Below, in pieces: positions 50,626 to 62,560 of a DNA stretch of 64,000 bases. Location: assembly GCA_024679065.1 (NCBI GenBank), contig JAGIQG010000016.1, positions 13,144,001 to 13,208,000 on the forward strand, written 5' to 3'. Origin of the DNA: Sphyrna mokarran (taxonomy: Eukaryota). A program made the position numbers and the translations under genes. How positions within the stretch are numbered: position 1 is the stretch's first letter; each line of letters opens with the position of its first letter. Below the pieces are notes generated by a model. The model did no database searches. It was given only the letters and a program-made list of their open reading frames with translations, and was not told the DNA's origin.

Positions 50626-51949
50626 AATAATGATCGCGATTCTTCAATCGCGACTTTCCCATGGGTTTTATCAGGACATGCGCGTGTCGTTATTTCGCAG
50701 GTTCCCCACCAGTTTTCACGCACGCGTTTACGCGTGCATCTCCCAGCCGGAGAAAACTGGTGCCTCTGAGATACCACAGAAAACTGTCGGGCCACTGATT
50801 AGCCAGAATTTACAAACCTTTACATGCGATTATTCGGATCAAAGGCAGTTTCCATCTTCATCTGCGTCACCCAACTATTTTACGTGATGTCACTTTGACA
50901 CGAATCAGAGTCGGCATTTGAAAGTCTCAAACTCGCGTGGCAGCCTTCAACAGGCATCAGGAGCTAAATGTTGGTGGCGGAGTGCGGGGAATGTTGCAGG
51001 CAGGCCCTGAAGATGCCCGATGGCCTCCCTCCTGCTGTCTTCAGGTGTTGGCTCGCAGACTAGTGATATCTGTAGCGGAGGCGTTGGGATCGGGGTTCCT
51101 CTATTTCCTCACAATTCTCTGGGTGAGATGCGTCAGGAAGTCCTGCTCATCCTCCCCACCTTTTCCTACCCACCCCCCCAACTTCTTACACCCCTCTCTC
51201 CTGCAGTGCTGGCACAAGTGTGCGATGCAGCCACGAAGGCTCCGATTTCCCCAATCTCCTGAGAGATTGGGGACTGTCACACCGTCTGAGAGATAGATTG
51301 GAAAACTTACCATTTCCACAACACGCCTCCCACCACTGCCCCGCTTCTTGAGGACTGCTGTCGCGCAGTGTGGGAGACAGCCTCGAGGCCTTTAGCTTCC
51401 TACCCTCCTCCCCTCCTCCACACGTCTCCTTGGCAGCGCTATCACGCAGTGTGGAAGGCAAGCTCGAGGGGTCCTGCACGCCCTCCCAATCCACAACAGT
51501 TTGCAGTGGCATTGTCTTCTGCAGGGTACGGTCAGAGACTCAACTGAGTGCTAGTGGTTCTGGAGTGCGGTAAGAGTGTACCATATGCTGACTGAGGCCT
51601 AACCAGATGAAGCAGATGCCGCTTCAAGCCGGGGTACAGAGGTTCAGATATGGATGCATGCAATCTGCTATAATTGGGCTGACATCTGTTGCTCAATTGC
51701 GATCTGTCCCTGCTCTGTGAAACAGACCAGCAACATATTCCTATGACACATAGCAATGGCTCAAGGATATTGCCCATAGCTGCACACTGACCTCCATGAC
51801 CTGTGCCAGCGTTTGTCATGATGGGATTCTCACATTAATTAGGTCATGCATGACATTATGGATTCTGTGGTGTTGCCAGCACCCAGAGTGGGAGTTCGGG
51901 CCCAAATGAGGTTTTGAGTTGGTGCTGGGTGAATGACGTACTAAGAAAA

Positions 51950-53250
51950 TGTCATCATTCCTTATTCTTCCCAAACCAAATTTTGCAGATAGATTTCGGT
52001 TTAGTCAATCTGCAGCGGGCATTTTTGTGGCAGCAGAGACGGAGGAGGAACAGGAGGTGCCGGGCATGGTGGGACCACGGAAGGATCAGCCACCAGCAGA
52101 TGCTCAGGAAGGAGGGCAGGGGGGTGCCGATGAGGGCCATGAGAGGGGGAGGGAGTGCAGCCCCCCGCGAGGGTGCACAGAAAGTGAAAGGTGCCGAGGA
52201 CAACTAAGTGCAAGCCCCGCAATTCCTTTGAGGCCCTCTCAGTGGAGTTGTGCCATTGCCAGTTGTGTATGTCGAAGACCATGGTGCAACGTATTTCTGA
52301 GTTGCTCTCACATCTGGCATCTCAGGGGAGGAGGCGGCCACTCGTACACTGTGGACGTGAATGTAATGGCTGTCATCAATTTCTATGCCTCTGGACCATT
52401 CCAGGCATCCGGTGGACACTATTGGGATCCCCCAGGGTTCTGTGCATAGATATGTGTCACAGGTCACAGATGATGAACATCCGGGCAGGGCCGTTCATTA
52501 ATTTTGACGCGGACATGCACAGCAGAACACCTGGACTATCGGCTTTGCATCCACTGCTGTGATTCCAAATATGCAGGATGCAATGGATAGCACACACAAC
52601 GCCTTGTGGCCACCTCCCACTCGCCTTTGGCTCCTGTTCCCCCAATTCATCACCCATGTATGGCCACAGAATATTTTTTGAAGAGGAAGTTTTTCCACTC
52701 AGTGAACGTCCAAATTGACTGCGACCATCAAGTAAAGATTGATTAGAAGAGTCTACGCCAGCTTTGTGATCCAACGGTCAGACATCCCTGGGCTCCTTGA
52801 AGACCAGCTCGCTCCCGGGAGGGCTGCTGAGTGGCCAGGGTTACCTTCTAAGGTCATGGCTGATTATGTCATGCTGAGGCCTGAGACAGAGGCAGAGACG
52901 CGCTACAGCGAGGCCCATGCAGCCGCCCAGTGCATCACTGATCAGTGCATCAGCCTGCTGAAGATGCAGTTCCGCTGTTTAGACAGCTCTGGTGGGGGAT
53001 TGGGCGGTAATCCAGTGTGACCTTGTGCGTGATTCACGCGTCAGTATCATTTTCTGTCCTCTTCACAACATCGCTGGGCAGTAAGAAGCCAGTCAGAACA
53101 GGAGGAGGAGCAGCGAGGGGACAATATCGACATCCTGCCATACGGAGAAACGGAACAAGGAAGGTGGGCAGTGATGGGACGAGTTCAGCAGAAAAGGGCA
53201 GTGAGGGATGACTTGATTGTAGCCCGATTCATCGAGCTGATGCTGTGCAG
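51950..53250 (+). pseudogene. Harbinger (HARBI1-like) DDE transposase, frameshifted
   Basis: GGHSYTVDVNVMAVINFYASGPFQ, IPNMQDAMDSTH (GAIDxTH), KRKFFHSVNVQIDCDH (NRKGFHSxNVQ) and ETRYSEAH...ISLLKMQFRCLDSSGG. Confidence 0.9.
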
Positions 53251-55759
53251 AGATAGGACATAACCAACATATACCCAGCAAAACTCAGGAGCAAGTGCAG
53301 CTGTTTTTCCCCTTCAAACCGGTCTGGGTCTTCAGGCCATCACACCACCATATCCCCTAGAAATATCCGACTTTATTAAGATGCTTGGGCTGACAGTGTT
53401 TGCAAGTTTTAGATGAAGCTGAAGAATGATGACCACTGGCTGATGTGCGCAGTGAGATGCTGCCCCTGGAGCAACACAAGTCTGACTCCTACCCTGGACT
53501 CGTGCACTCTCCCACCCAGGCCCACATATCTGTAAGTGTTGTGGCCATTTTTTTTTCTGGCCAAGAGAGGATGGAGGATGATGGGTTATGTGTGTGTGTG
53601 TGGGGGGGGGGGGGGATGTGGATGGTGGGAGGGGAAGAGGGGTGAGCGGGGAGCACTTGTACCAAGTGTCTGATGGATATTCTGGAAGATAGAAGAACAC
53701 TCTGAAACGTGTCGTTTAGTCTGCAGGGCTCAGCAGACAACACCTCATTGTTTGGAAGTCGGAAACATTGAGCTGCTGGGGCGATGGAGAAGATCAGAAA
53801 CACATTAATCACAGTATAATGTGCAATTAACAGATTAATGTGTTGCGAACGTAAATGATTGCCAAACATTTACTAATGCCGACCTTCACCCGGACCCACG
53901 AGTGAACTACGACTTCCTAACTTTGTGCTGTCCACTGCTTCTTCTCGGTGCTACCCAGGAATGCACATGAGAGGTATAGTTCTCCAGCTGTGATGCACGC
54001 CCCGTTTCCTGTGATGTCGGTGGACATTCCTTGTGTGATCAGGACCTGGAAGACCTCGGATAACTTGTGGATGGCACTGTTTTGATGCCGCCCTGTTGAT
54101 GTTGCTGGCACTGAGATGATCCAATGTGAGAAGGTGGGAGGTTGGGAGCGGGATGGTAGGTTTGAGGGGGGAAATCAGAAGGAATCGACATATCTGGGAT
54201 CTCATGGAAGACACTGGCATGCACTCAAGCCCTTCCTCCCCATTGTGATGCCCAGAGACCCAAAGGGTACTCAATTGGATGCCAGGGTAGTTGGACTTAA
54301 TTCAACTCCAGCGTCACTTGGGTCTGTCAATCCTTGAGGCGTCGATGCATCTGCCCTATGATGTGTCATCCCTCATCCCTGGCCTTCTGAGAATGGACCA
54401 AGCTCCAGAGCCCCCCTAATACTACGTTCTGTGAACTAGCCAGGTTCTGGAGGCCATCAGCAGGAACTCTCATCCTTGTGCTAAGTCAAGGCTCAACACC
54501 ACAGCTCGCAGTATCTCTAGAATACCATAGAGAATCCCAGCTATGGCAAGCAATATCTTATACATGCCGCTGACATCAATAGCCATCGAACACTCTGACT
54601 TCTGGGCGCCAGAAACATACTAGGCTATGAGCTGTAGTGTATTTCCCTCATGAAGACAGACGCCTGAACCAGACTTTCCACTGTGGCCGCCACCATGGCA
54701 GTAGTGGCCTCACGTTCTGACGGCACCATCTCCTGCAAGTGTTTCATTACTGAACGGTGCTCGTTGCGGTGTGAGGGAAAGGCATTAGATTACGTTCCCG
54801 AAAAAAAAACTCGTTTGTTGCTTCCTCTTCAGGTGTCTATATAGGTTTGGAGATCTTTGCCAAGCATATGCAGTGTTCCAAGTGGGAATCTCACTAATGC
54901 ATGCTATTCGCAGAAAGTCGTACTTTTTTTTTGGGGGGGGGGCACCGCAAGCCAGAGCACCTGGCATTCACTACTTCTGCCATCACTACCCGCAGTGATG
55001 TGGCGGAAGCATCCATTTCGTTAGCGTCCGGACCAGTGATGAGACAATCACACCTCACCTCCAAAAAGTCTACCAAGTCGTCCTGGTTGGCCTTTGAAAA
55101 TCTGGGAGCTGTTTTCAGTGCAGCTTTCTTTATGGCGTGACTGGCGGTGCATTCATCCCTGCACCTTAAAGACAGCTTTGGTCGATTAGAAGAGTGCAGG
55201 CGCAGTGAGCGTCGCCAGTTAATGACCCGTTAACAAGAAATGCTTGTGAGAGAATTTAGTTGATTGTCATGCATCCTTCGCGGTGCAGATTGGCTGCCAT
55301 TCAATCGCCAGCTTTGTCTGTGGATGTGGGAGCTGTGCGAGATATAAAACTCAGAACTCCTGTTCCAGTAGCTGTTGTATGTGTGGTGGGAGGAGGATGG
55401 GATTGGGTAAATGGGGTGGGGAATGGTGAAATATTCCAGGCTCCCATTCAGGAGAGGGGAAGGTCACAAGCTGCAGTTGTGAATGTCAGCACAATTAGTT
55501 CTCTTCAGCGTATCAGTCAGGGCACTGTGTTCAAGGGAGGGTGAGATTGGGTATCCGCATTATTTGGATCCATAGAGACAAGAGGTGTGCGCACAGTGTG
55601 TCTGCTTTTGAGGGAAGATTGTGGGGTGGGGGTGGGGGGGTTGACACTCAGCAATGAGGCCAGGACTGTCCATAAAGGAGAGAGGGTAATTGTGGGGGTC
55701 AGCAATGAGATCAGCGATGTGAGCGGGAGGATTATGTAGATCAGCGATGAGGCCAGTGA

Positions 55760-55762
<3 letters not shown>

Positions 55763-55797
<35 letters not shown>

Positions 55798-55822
55798 TGT
55801 GTCTGTGTGTGTGTGTGTGTGT
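55763..55822. repeat. (TG)n microsatellite
   Basis: Long tgtgtg run. Confidence 0.95.
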
Positions 55823-56694
55823 ATGCTAGGTGGAGCGGGGGGAGGGAGGGAAGGTGGTGCTAGGTGAGAGCGTCAACGATGAGGCAAGGGATGTCTATGG
55901 GGGTTAGATGGCAGTGATGGCAGTGGACTAGGTGATAGGAAGTCTTCTCAGCGATCTCCCAGAAATGTGCGCAAGCGCATTGGCCCCAAAACTGCCACAC
56001 TCCGTTTTGTTTACCAGACCGATCGCTGGCCACTCCTGCACACGGAAGGTGCTGCCTCCACATGCATAGTTCCCCCACCCTGCCAATGTTCCGAACGCCA
56101 CCTCCACAATAATACCCGGGCCAGCAATGGCCTGCAGTCCCTGTGCGTCCTGATGTGCACCCCCCGAGCCACGGCCATCACCTTATATCCCTCGCCCCAG
56201 CAGACCACTCTCTGCTGACCCGCCTCCCGGGTCACTCCCCTCGGACGTAGTCCCCTGCAGGCAGCCGGCCCTCCCTACCCCAGTCCACTAACCCCATCCC
56301 ATTTGCTGTCGTCTGTTCTTCTCAGGCTAATTATCAGGATAATTAACCTTCCCAGGTTAATTATCAGGACCTTTCAGGTCCTGAAATTGGTTAATTGATA
56401 ATTAACCAATCTGTACACTTAAAACATTTTTCAAAAAAAATGTACGTTAATTAATTGTCTTCCCGCTGGTTTCAACGTGTTCTGGCGGGCGACTGCTGGC
56501 CAGCTCTAGGAAATGCACATGGTTCGCTGCGTATGTGCAGATTCCAGTTCAAGCCCGCAGGCGTGTCTCTTTCCGGACCTACCAGATAAGTGGCGGGCGC
56601 AGTGCAAGAACCGCAGACAAGATATTCATTCATCTGGCGTAGTTTAGACACCGAGTCCAGCCGTGTGACCACCGATAAGACTGCACGCAGTTAT

Positions 56695-56987
56695 TGTCAC
56701 TTCCTTGAGAAATATCTTGTTGACATGTAACTGCTGGACAATGCAAATCTCCCAACTTTGATATTCATTACCGCTATCAGTAGTCACTTGACACAGTCCT
56801 TCTTAGTATGTGCTTCCAACGTATACTGCTCCCATACTGTTCCGTTCTTTTCACGAAGACCTTCTTCCAAAAGGCCTCCACGTTCTGCACGCATCATTGT
56901 GGTCGTGTGCATTATTGTGGATTTGCCTATTTGTAACAAAGACGAAAACTTGAATAATAGGATAACTACTCCATTCGTATTGAATAC
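56695..56987 (-). pseudogene. Probable N-terminal piece of the family A copy split by the Harbinger
   Basis: Acceptor 'tatctgtattcag' at 56988. ORF 56784..57011 continues past one stop toward the transposon edge. Confidence 0.45.
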
Positions 56988-57239
56988 CTGAATACAGATA
57001 CCTAAATTCATTATTCATTATTCATGTTTAATTTTTATTTTGCCGCTATAAAGTTGCTGAAAATTTAGCACGGTTTTGCCAACATCGTTCTACCCTCACA
57101 CAGGTGCGATATGTTAATTGAAACCAGGAGTTCCATTGTCAGGAAACTTTACATTCAATTAACAGTATAAGTAATGTCATCAAAAGCACAAAATGCAAAC
57201 TTACTGGAAAATAATAAGTAAGTAAATAAATGAATGCAA

Positions 57240-58352
57240 TGCTTTAATCTGGATAATTTTTACTGAATATCACAAAGGAATTGGTGTCCTTGTTAACATT
57301 TTTTTTTGTATTGAAGTGAATGCAAGCCTCTTTGTTGAAGCATCATTTGCAATGTAATGTTTGCAACTTGGCTGATTTAGTTTTGAATATCGACTCAGTG
57401 ACTTCCGAGTTTGTTACGTGTTTTATCAACTGCAGTGCCAAGAACCGGAAGCAGAAACCGATCTGCGTAAATGTCTGAGCTTTATGCCTGTTAAGTAATA
57501 TACAATTTCTTGTTGTTCCAAATGGAAACATTCATCTCAACAGAAGAAGAAATCAACACAAAAGAAGGCGGTAATTTATCGTGAAATTGTTATTTAATAA
57601 ATGTGATGGAAGTCATAATTTCTGATCCCATCTAATGAATTTGACGTTGAGAGATGCAAGGAAAGAATTTGTTCAGAACCTTTAGGGGGAATTTCAAAGT
57701 CTTTGTTGAATAATCATTGGGTTCAATATCTGAACGACTAGTTTTTTTCAGAGGACTACGTTAATTTGAATTAATGGATGTCAGCAAGGAAACTAACCAT
57801 TCGTTATATATCTGGGGTTTGTTTTGTGCCACTTGCCATAGGGTGACAATGTAATCATCCACTGAAGTAAGGGCGCTTCTCAAAATCTATTAAATGTGTT
57901 AATATGCATACTTATCTTCAAGTTGATTGCAGTTTCAAACAAGTTCCCTCCTTCTGGCATCTATATACATATGGCTTGATAACTCATTAATTCTCTGAAA
58001 TTCTCGATTCTACAATAAGAAACCATTGCACATAATCAAATACAGTCATTGGATAGACTATATTGAGAGTTCTTTATCGACATATTGCGTGAAATCCTCC
58101 CAGCAAGCTTGGCTTCGCTGTTCATCGCACCTATGATATAATATTCTTTTTCTGTCCAGTCGTTTACGAGATAAAGATCCGACAATCCATTGCGTGTTTT
58201 CTTTCTTATTGTGTAGAGCGGAAGCAAAACAGATTGTCATGGTCTTTTAAAAAACACCTTGAATTTTGAGAAATGCAAGTTAATTTTGTTGCAGTGCAAT
58301 GTCTCATCGGGTCTTTGTTCTCGTTCCAGAACTTCACGTATGCAAAGTATCT
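57240..58352 (-). pseudogene. Decayed ORF of unknown family
   Basis: Strong acceptor (ttttctctctctcacccatttttttcag) at 58353. The frame ILCIREVLEREQRP...VFFKRP*... includes ORFs 58036..58227 and 57343..57531 in the same phase. Confidence 0.55.
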
Positions 58353-58899
58353 CTGAAAAAAATGGGTGAGAGAGAGAAAACAAAGTTTAATGCTCTAAAA
58401 GTAATTCGCTCGTTTATAGTGGTGTATGTTTCTATCTGCGCCAGAAATGGAGGGCAAAAATTCATATTCTGACTTTTAGCTTACTCACACATATTTAAAC
58501 ATCAGGTAAGCGGGGAAAATAAGGTTATTTCTTCCGTTTCACAATTCTGCAGAATGATGAGCGCGCGAATTAAACACTGAATTATACACTCTTATGGGCA
58601 TGGATATTCATCCATCATATTCATCACAACTGCATACCCTTCAAGTCAACAGAGTAAAAGCCTGGGTTCTCTGAAGCAGTTTTTTTTTTAATTAAAGCAA
58701 TTTTGGGAGGGCACTGGAAAGTCACAGGTCAGAGCATGTAATTTGAAAATCCACAATTCTGAATACACAAGCAGCTGTGTTTCAAATTTGATTAAAATAA
58801 TTAGAATAAGTAAAACAAAGAACGGGCTGTCTCTATCCCTTCGCATATTTTGGTTGAGGTGGCATTATTCACAGTATAATAAAACCAATCACATCGATC

Positions 58900-60160
58900 A
58901 ATTTCCTGTGTAATTGTAATACACAGTGAAAATGAAAAAAAATCTCATGTTAGCTGACCTAATTCATTGGTGACAAAGGATAACGTTGTGGTCCCTTTTT
59001 TGTGTCTATGTCTACCTGTTTCATTGTTCCCTACAATTAATTTGTTTTCTCAGTGTAAATACCTCGATACTTATTGGGAAGACCTTTGTGAAGACCTTGG
59101 TCCTTTTTCTTCTTAATAGCAGTTCATGTTTTTTTAAAACTGTGTGATTATTGAAACTTTTTTGCACAATTTGGTTTTAATCGATATCCTTGCCCATTCC
59201 ACATGTATTACAAAATTTGAACATTTACAGAATTATCACATTATTGTTGTGCATTAATGCAGTACAGAACACACAGTACGTTTAGCCCATTCTTTCCGCA
59301 GCAGGTCCCAGTGAACTGCAGACCTTTTGACAATTCCAATGTCACAACGCAACAAAGCCACTCCTTTTAAATAACAACCTATTTTCATTTATAAGACTAC
59401 GACTGAACCAACCATTGTTAGATGTTCAGGCAATGCATGTTACACAAGTTAGCAACATGCTCCACTTGAAATTTATTCTATATGTTTTTGTTTTCTAACT
59501 ATTCTTGCTGTTTCATTTAAAATAGCATTTCGTGTATCATTTTTTTGATGTGGATATCTTGATGACTGCATGCTCCATCCTTTTGTTCTTCCTCAATCAT
59601 TGCTGATTTCTATTGCCTCCATTAGACACATTCCTCTACTTCACAACCCCAAGGATCAAAGTCGTAAATCGCTGTATCAATCTCTGAAAGTCCAGCCTCT
59701 GCAGTTGACCGAGTCAATGCTTTCTGCATTCCCACAAATGCAATCACTTTCATCCAAGGGTAGGCAACATGAATTGTGTGTATACAGGCGAGTAGTATTC
59801 CAAGTGAACGTAATGTATTTTCTGGCAATGAATAAAATAAATCAATATGCACAACACAGTGCATGGTTTTTGGAATGTCCTCTCAGCCTTTTTGTCACAC
59901 CCACTGCCTGATTTATTCATATGCACTCAGACCACTCAACTCGTCAGCTCCATTTGGAGTTGCAAATTTTTGAGCGGCAAATTTAAACTTTAACTCCATG
60001 GACATCGTATCGAAATGAGTGATAACGCTGAACTGACGGTGAAAACATTATAAGTGAGAGCGATAGTCAGCAGCAGTTCAATATTTGTTCGGACTGGCAC
60101 ACTAATGCACAACAATCATTTTTGACGACCAGGATTACATATATTTGCAACATTGAGATA
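58900..60160 (-). pseudogene. Decayed ORF, putative family B
   Basis: ORF 59622..59864 (HCVVHIDLFYSLP) with in-frame extensions across stops and an acidic EEE segment. Confidence 0.4.
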
Positions 60161-60164
60161 TGCA

Positions 60165-60360
60165 ACATTCGGTTCCCTCACTTAGTTCAAAGATGTGCCG
60201 GTTAGGTTGATTGGAAATGTGAAATTAACCATTTACTGTCCTGGGCTGTAATAGGTTAGTGGGATTAGCAGAGTAATTAAGTGGAGATAGGGCCAGGGTA
60301 GAATTGTCGTAGGTGCAGACACGATGGGCCAATGTTCTACTTCTGCAATTTCGTGTTTCA
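60165..60360 (+). mobile_element. HE1/V-SINE-type SINE, 3' part
   Basis: 'ggttccctcacttagttcaaagatgtgccggttaggttgattgg...ggtgcagacacgatgggcc', similar to 12085-12260. Confidence 0.75.
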
Positions 60361-60899
60361 GAGTCAACTTGAAAAACTTATTCCTAATAGGGGAAAAGAT
60401 GAAAGCAATGCAAAAAGGTAATATGTTTCGAAATTCAATTATTTATAATGGCAATAAATATTGCCACCAAAATAGAACACAGATGTGTAAGTAAATGATT
60501 TTCTGCATTAAAATGCACTGGGGAGACGTATTTGAATTTTACTAATAATGCACTATTACTGAGAGTCAAAAACTTTCAAGCGAAATATACTGTAGACCTT
60601 GGTATTGTTTTCTTATTTCAGTGACATTGCTGGAGACCGTTGCTACAATATGAATGAGGTTTATTTTCAAAACGCAGTAATTGCCATCAAGAATTATATC
60701 ATTAGAAGGGCTGTCTGAAATGAGACAGTGACTTTCTTGTTGCTATTAATCCCTTACGTTATAAATGGGTGGTGTAATGTTTTCTCTGGTGAAAAGTCAT
60801 AGAGGGCTGCATGCCGATTTTCAGCCAGGTCATTTTTTTTTTCAAGTGGCTAAGTCGTAAAGGTAATAATGTGATAAAGATGATGCATAAGTAATCAAA

Positions 60900-62560
60900 T
60901 AAGCATCAAATTAATTGTCAATCATGACTGAATGATTGTACAGAAAAACAAAAAAAAAGCCTTAAAAATAGCTTATAAAATCAGTGCTATCCTTTAAAGT
61001 TGCATGAAGTGCTTCCAATTTCAAATCACTGTAGGGATATTTACGCAGTCTCCTCCTTTTGCCTTTCAGATTGGGATGATAGCAAAATAGAGGCCAGTGT
61101 GGCAGGTATGCGCACACGATGTCGGAATATTTGGACATTTATTTTCCAGTAATTCTTCACTGAGAATGGCGAATTGACAAAAAAACGACAACTGGTGTTA
61201 AGTCAATTGAAACATAAAAAAAGCAACCTTTAAACCAACGTTGTTATGTTTAAACGTCTGACAGGAAATCAGAATGCCGTTTTTGCGATTAAATATCAAT
61301 TAAGAACTTATTCACAGACAGATTAATCACAAATCATGTGTGGACTTGATAAATATAGAAGCGAATCCGACAACCACAACGTATGCGACCTAAATGTCGA
61401 TGTGAGTGGAAAAAAAACATAGTGCAATTATATGCCCATTATCTGATGAAGCAACTCTTGGCTTTCCGTTTCACCAATGGTAAAATCTAAAGGTACATAT
61501 CTGTCGGGAAATCGAATCAACGTTTTGCATGAGCAAAAATGTGACAGCGCATGTCTAGAACAGATAAAATCCCGACAAGCTAAACTGTCACATTGCAAGA
61601 ACTGACGTGGAAATGCATTATTTTGAAACGCAAACAGAAAGTGCAAGGACGAAATATAATGGCAATGTTTGGAGAAGAGGAGACAAATATTTCTATTGTT
61701 GGGGGATTAATCTTTTTTCAATTAGTCGATTTCCTTCAATTAATTAAATGTGCTTGGCGCTTGACGAAAATTATCATAATGCTTTCGAATATTTAATTAT
61801 TGACAATTCCTTAAAACAATGTTTGGTCACGGAAATATTTACAATGGCCTTTTCTCCCAAAGAGGATGTATTGATCTGCAAATGACGTAGTCCATCACTT
61901 CGAGCTTTCCATATTGAAAACAATGCAAATTAAATACAATTTGGAGATGTTAAAATAGAGAATCTGGCAATATGTTTGAAATGAATAGAGGGAAAATCGG
62001 TTTATGCAAACTCGAAAAAAATACATGTAGTATTTTTTTTATATCGCACAGGGACTTCATATTCATTTAAAATTCTAAAACCTTTTTTTAAGCATCGTGA
62101 AAACGTTTATGTACAATAAAACAAATCGGACGGCACTTTTTGATGAAGCATTAATGTGCAGTTGTGGAATGGTCCTCCTTCAAAATTCTAGACATTCAAT
62201 CCTTTGTAGTCGATTTCCGACCGTGCATCGCTAGCTTGGGCAAGAAGTAGGTGTAATCAAAAACAACACTAAAGAATCGAACTTCCACATCTAAGGACAA
62301 AATTAGCATTAGCATGCAACACATTTTTGTCCACATCTTTGCACAAGAATACAACTAGCATTCCGCTAATTTGCAAATCAGGTGGCATACATTTCACTTA
62401 GATTGTAGAAAATTCACATTAAGCATATTGTTTTTTCGCTTGAGCATATTGTCATTGAACATGACAATACTCAGTTTTGACAAGTTCGATTGACCATGAG
62501 CCTTAAAAGCAAAAAAAAGTTCCATTTAATCCACTAAGTATGTGGTGTACCGATATATTT
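60900..62560 (-). pseudogene. Decayed ORF, possibly family A
   Basis: A long single frame with sparse stops runs from 62400 to about 61620 (VKCMPPDLQ...LQTLPLYF). It is followed by ORF 61428..61646 and VCAYLPHWPLFCYHPNL. Confidence 0.4.

Larger units (their letters stand above)
50631..56690. mobile_element. PIF/Harbinger DNA transposon of about 6 kb, decayed
   Basis: GC-rich block with sharp edges, flanked by TAA and TTA, containing a Harbinger transposase. The host pseudogene resumes on both sides. Confidence 0.8.

Noticed and set aside
51950-53250. Domesticated HARBI1 gene
   Set aside because: It has multiple frameshifts and stops and lies within a bounded transposon-like block, so it is a dead transposase.
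50937-56300. Many overlapping 60-166 aa ORFs
   Set aside because: These are expected in GC-rich transposon DNA. Only the transposase fragments carry recognisable motifs.
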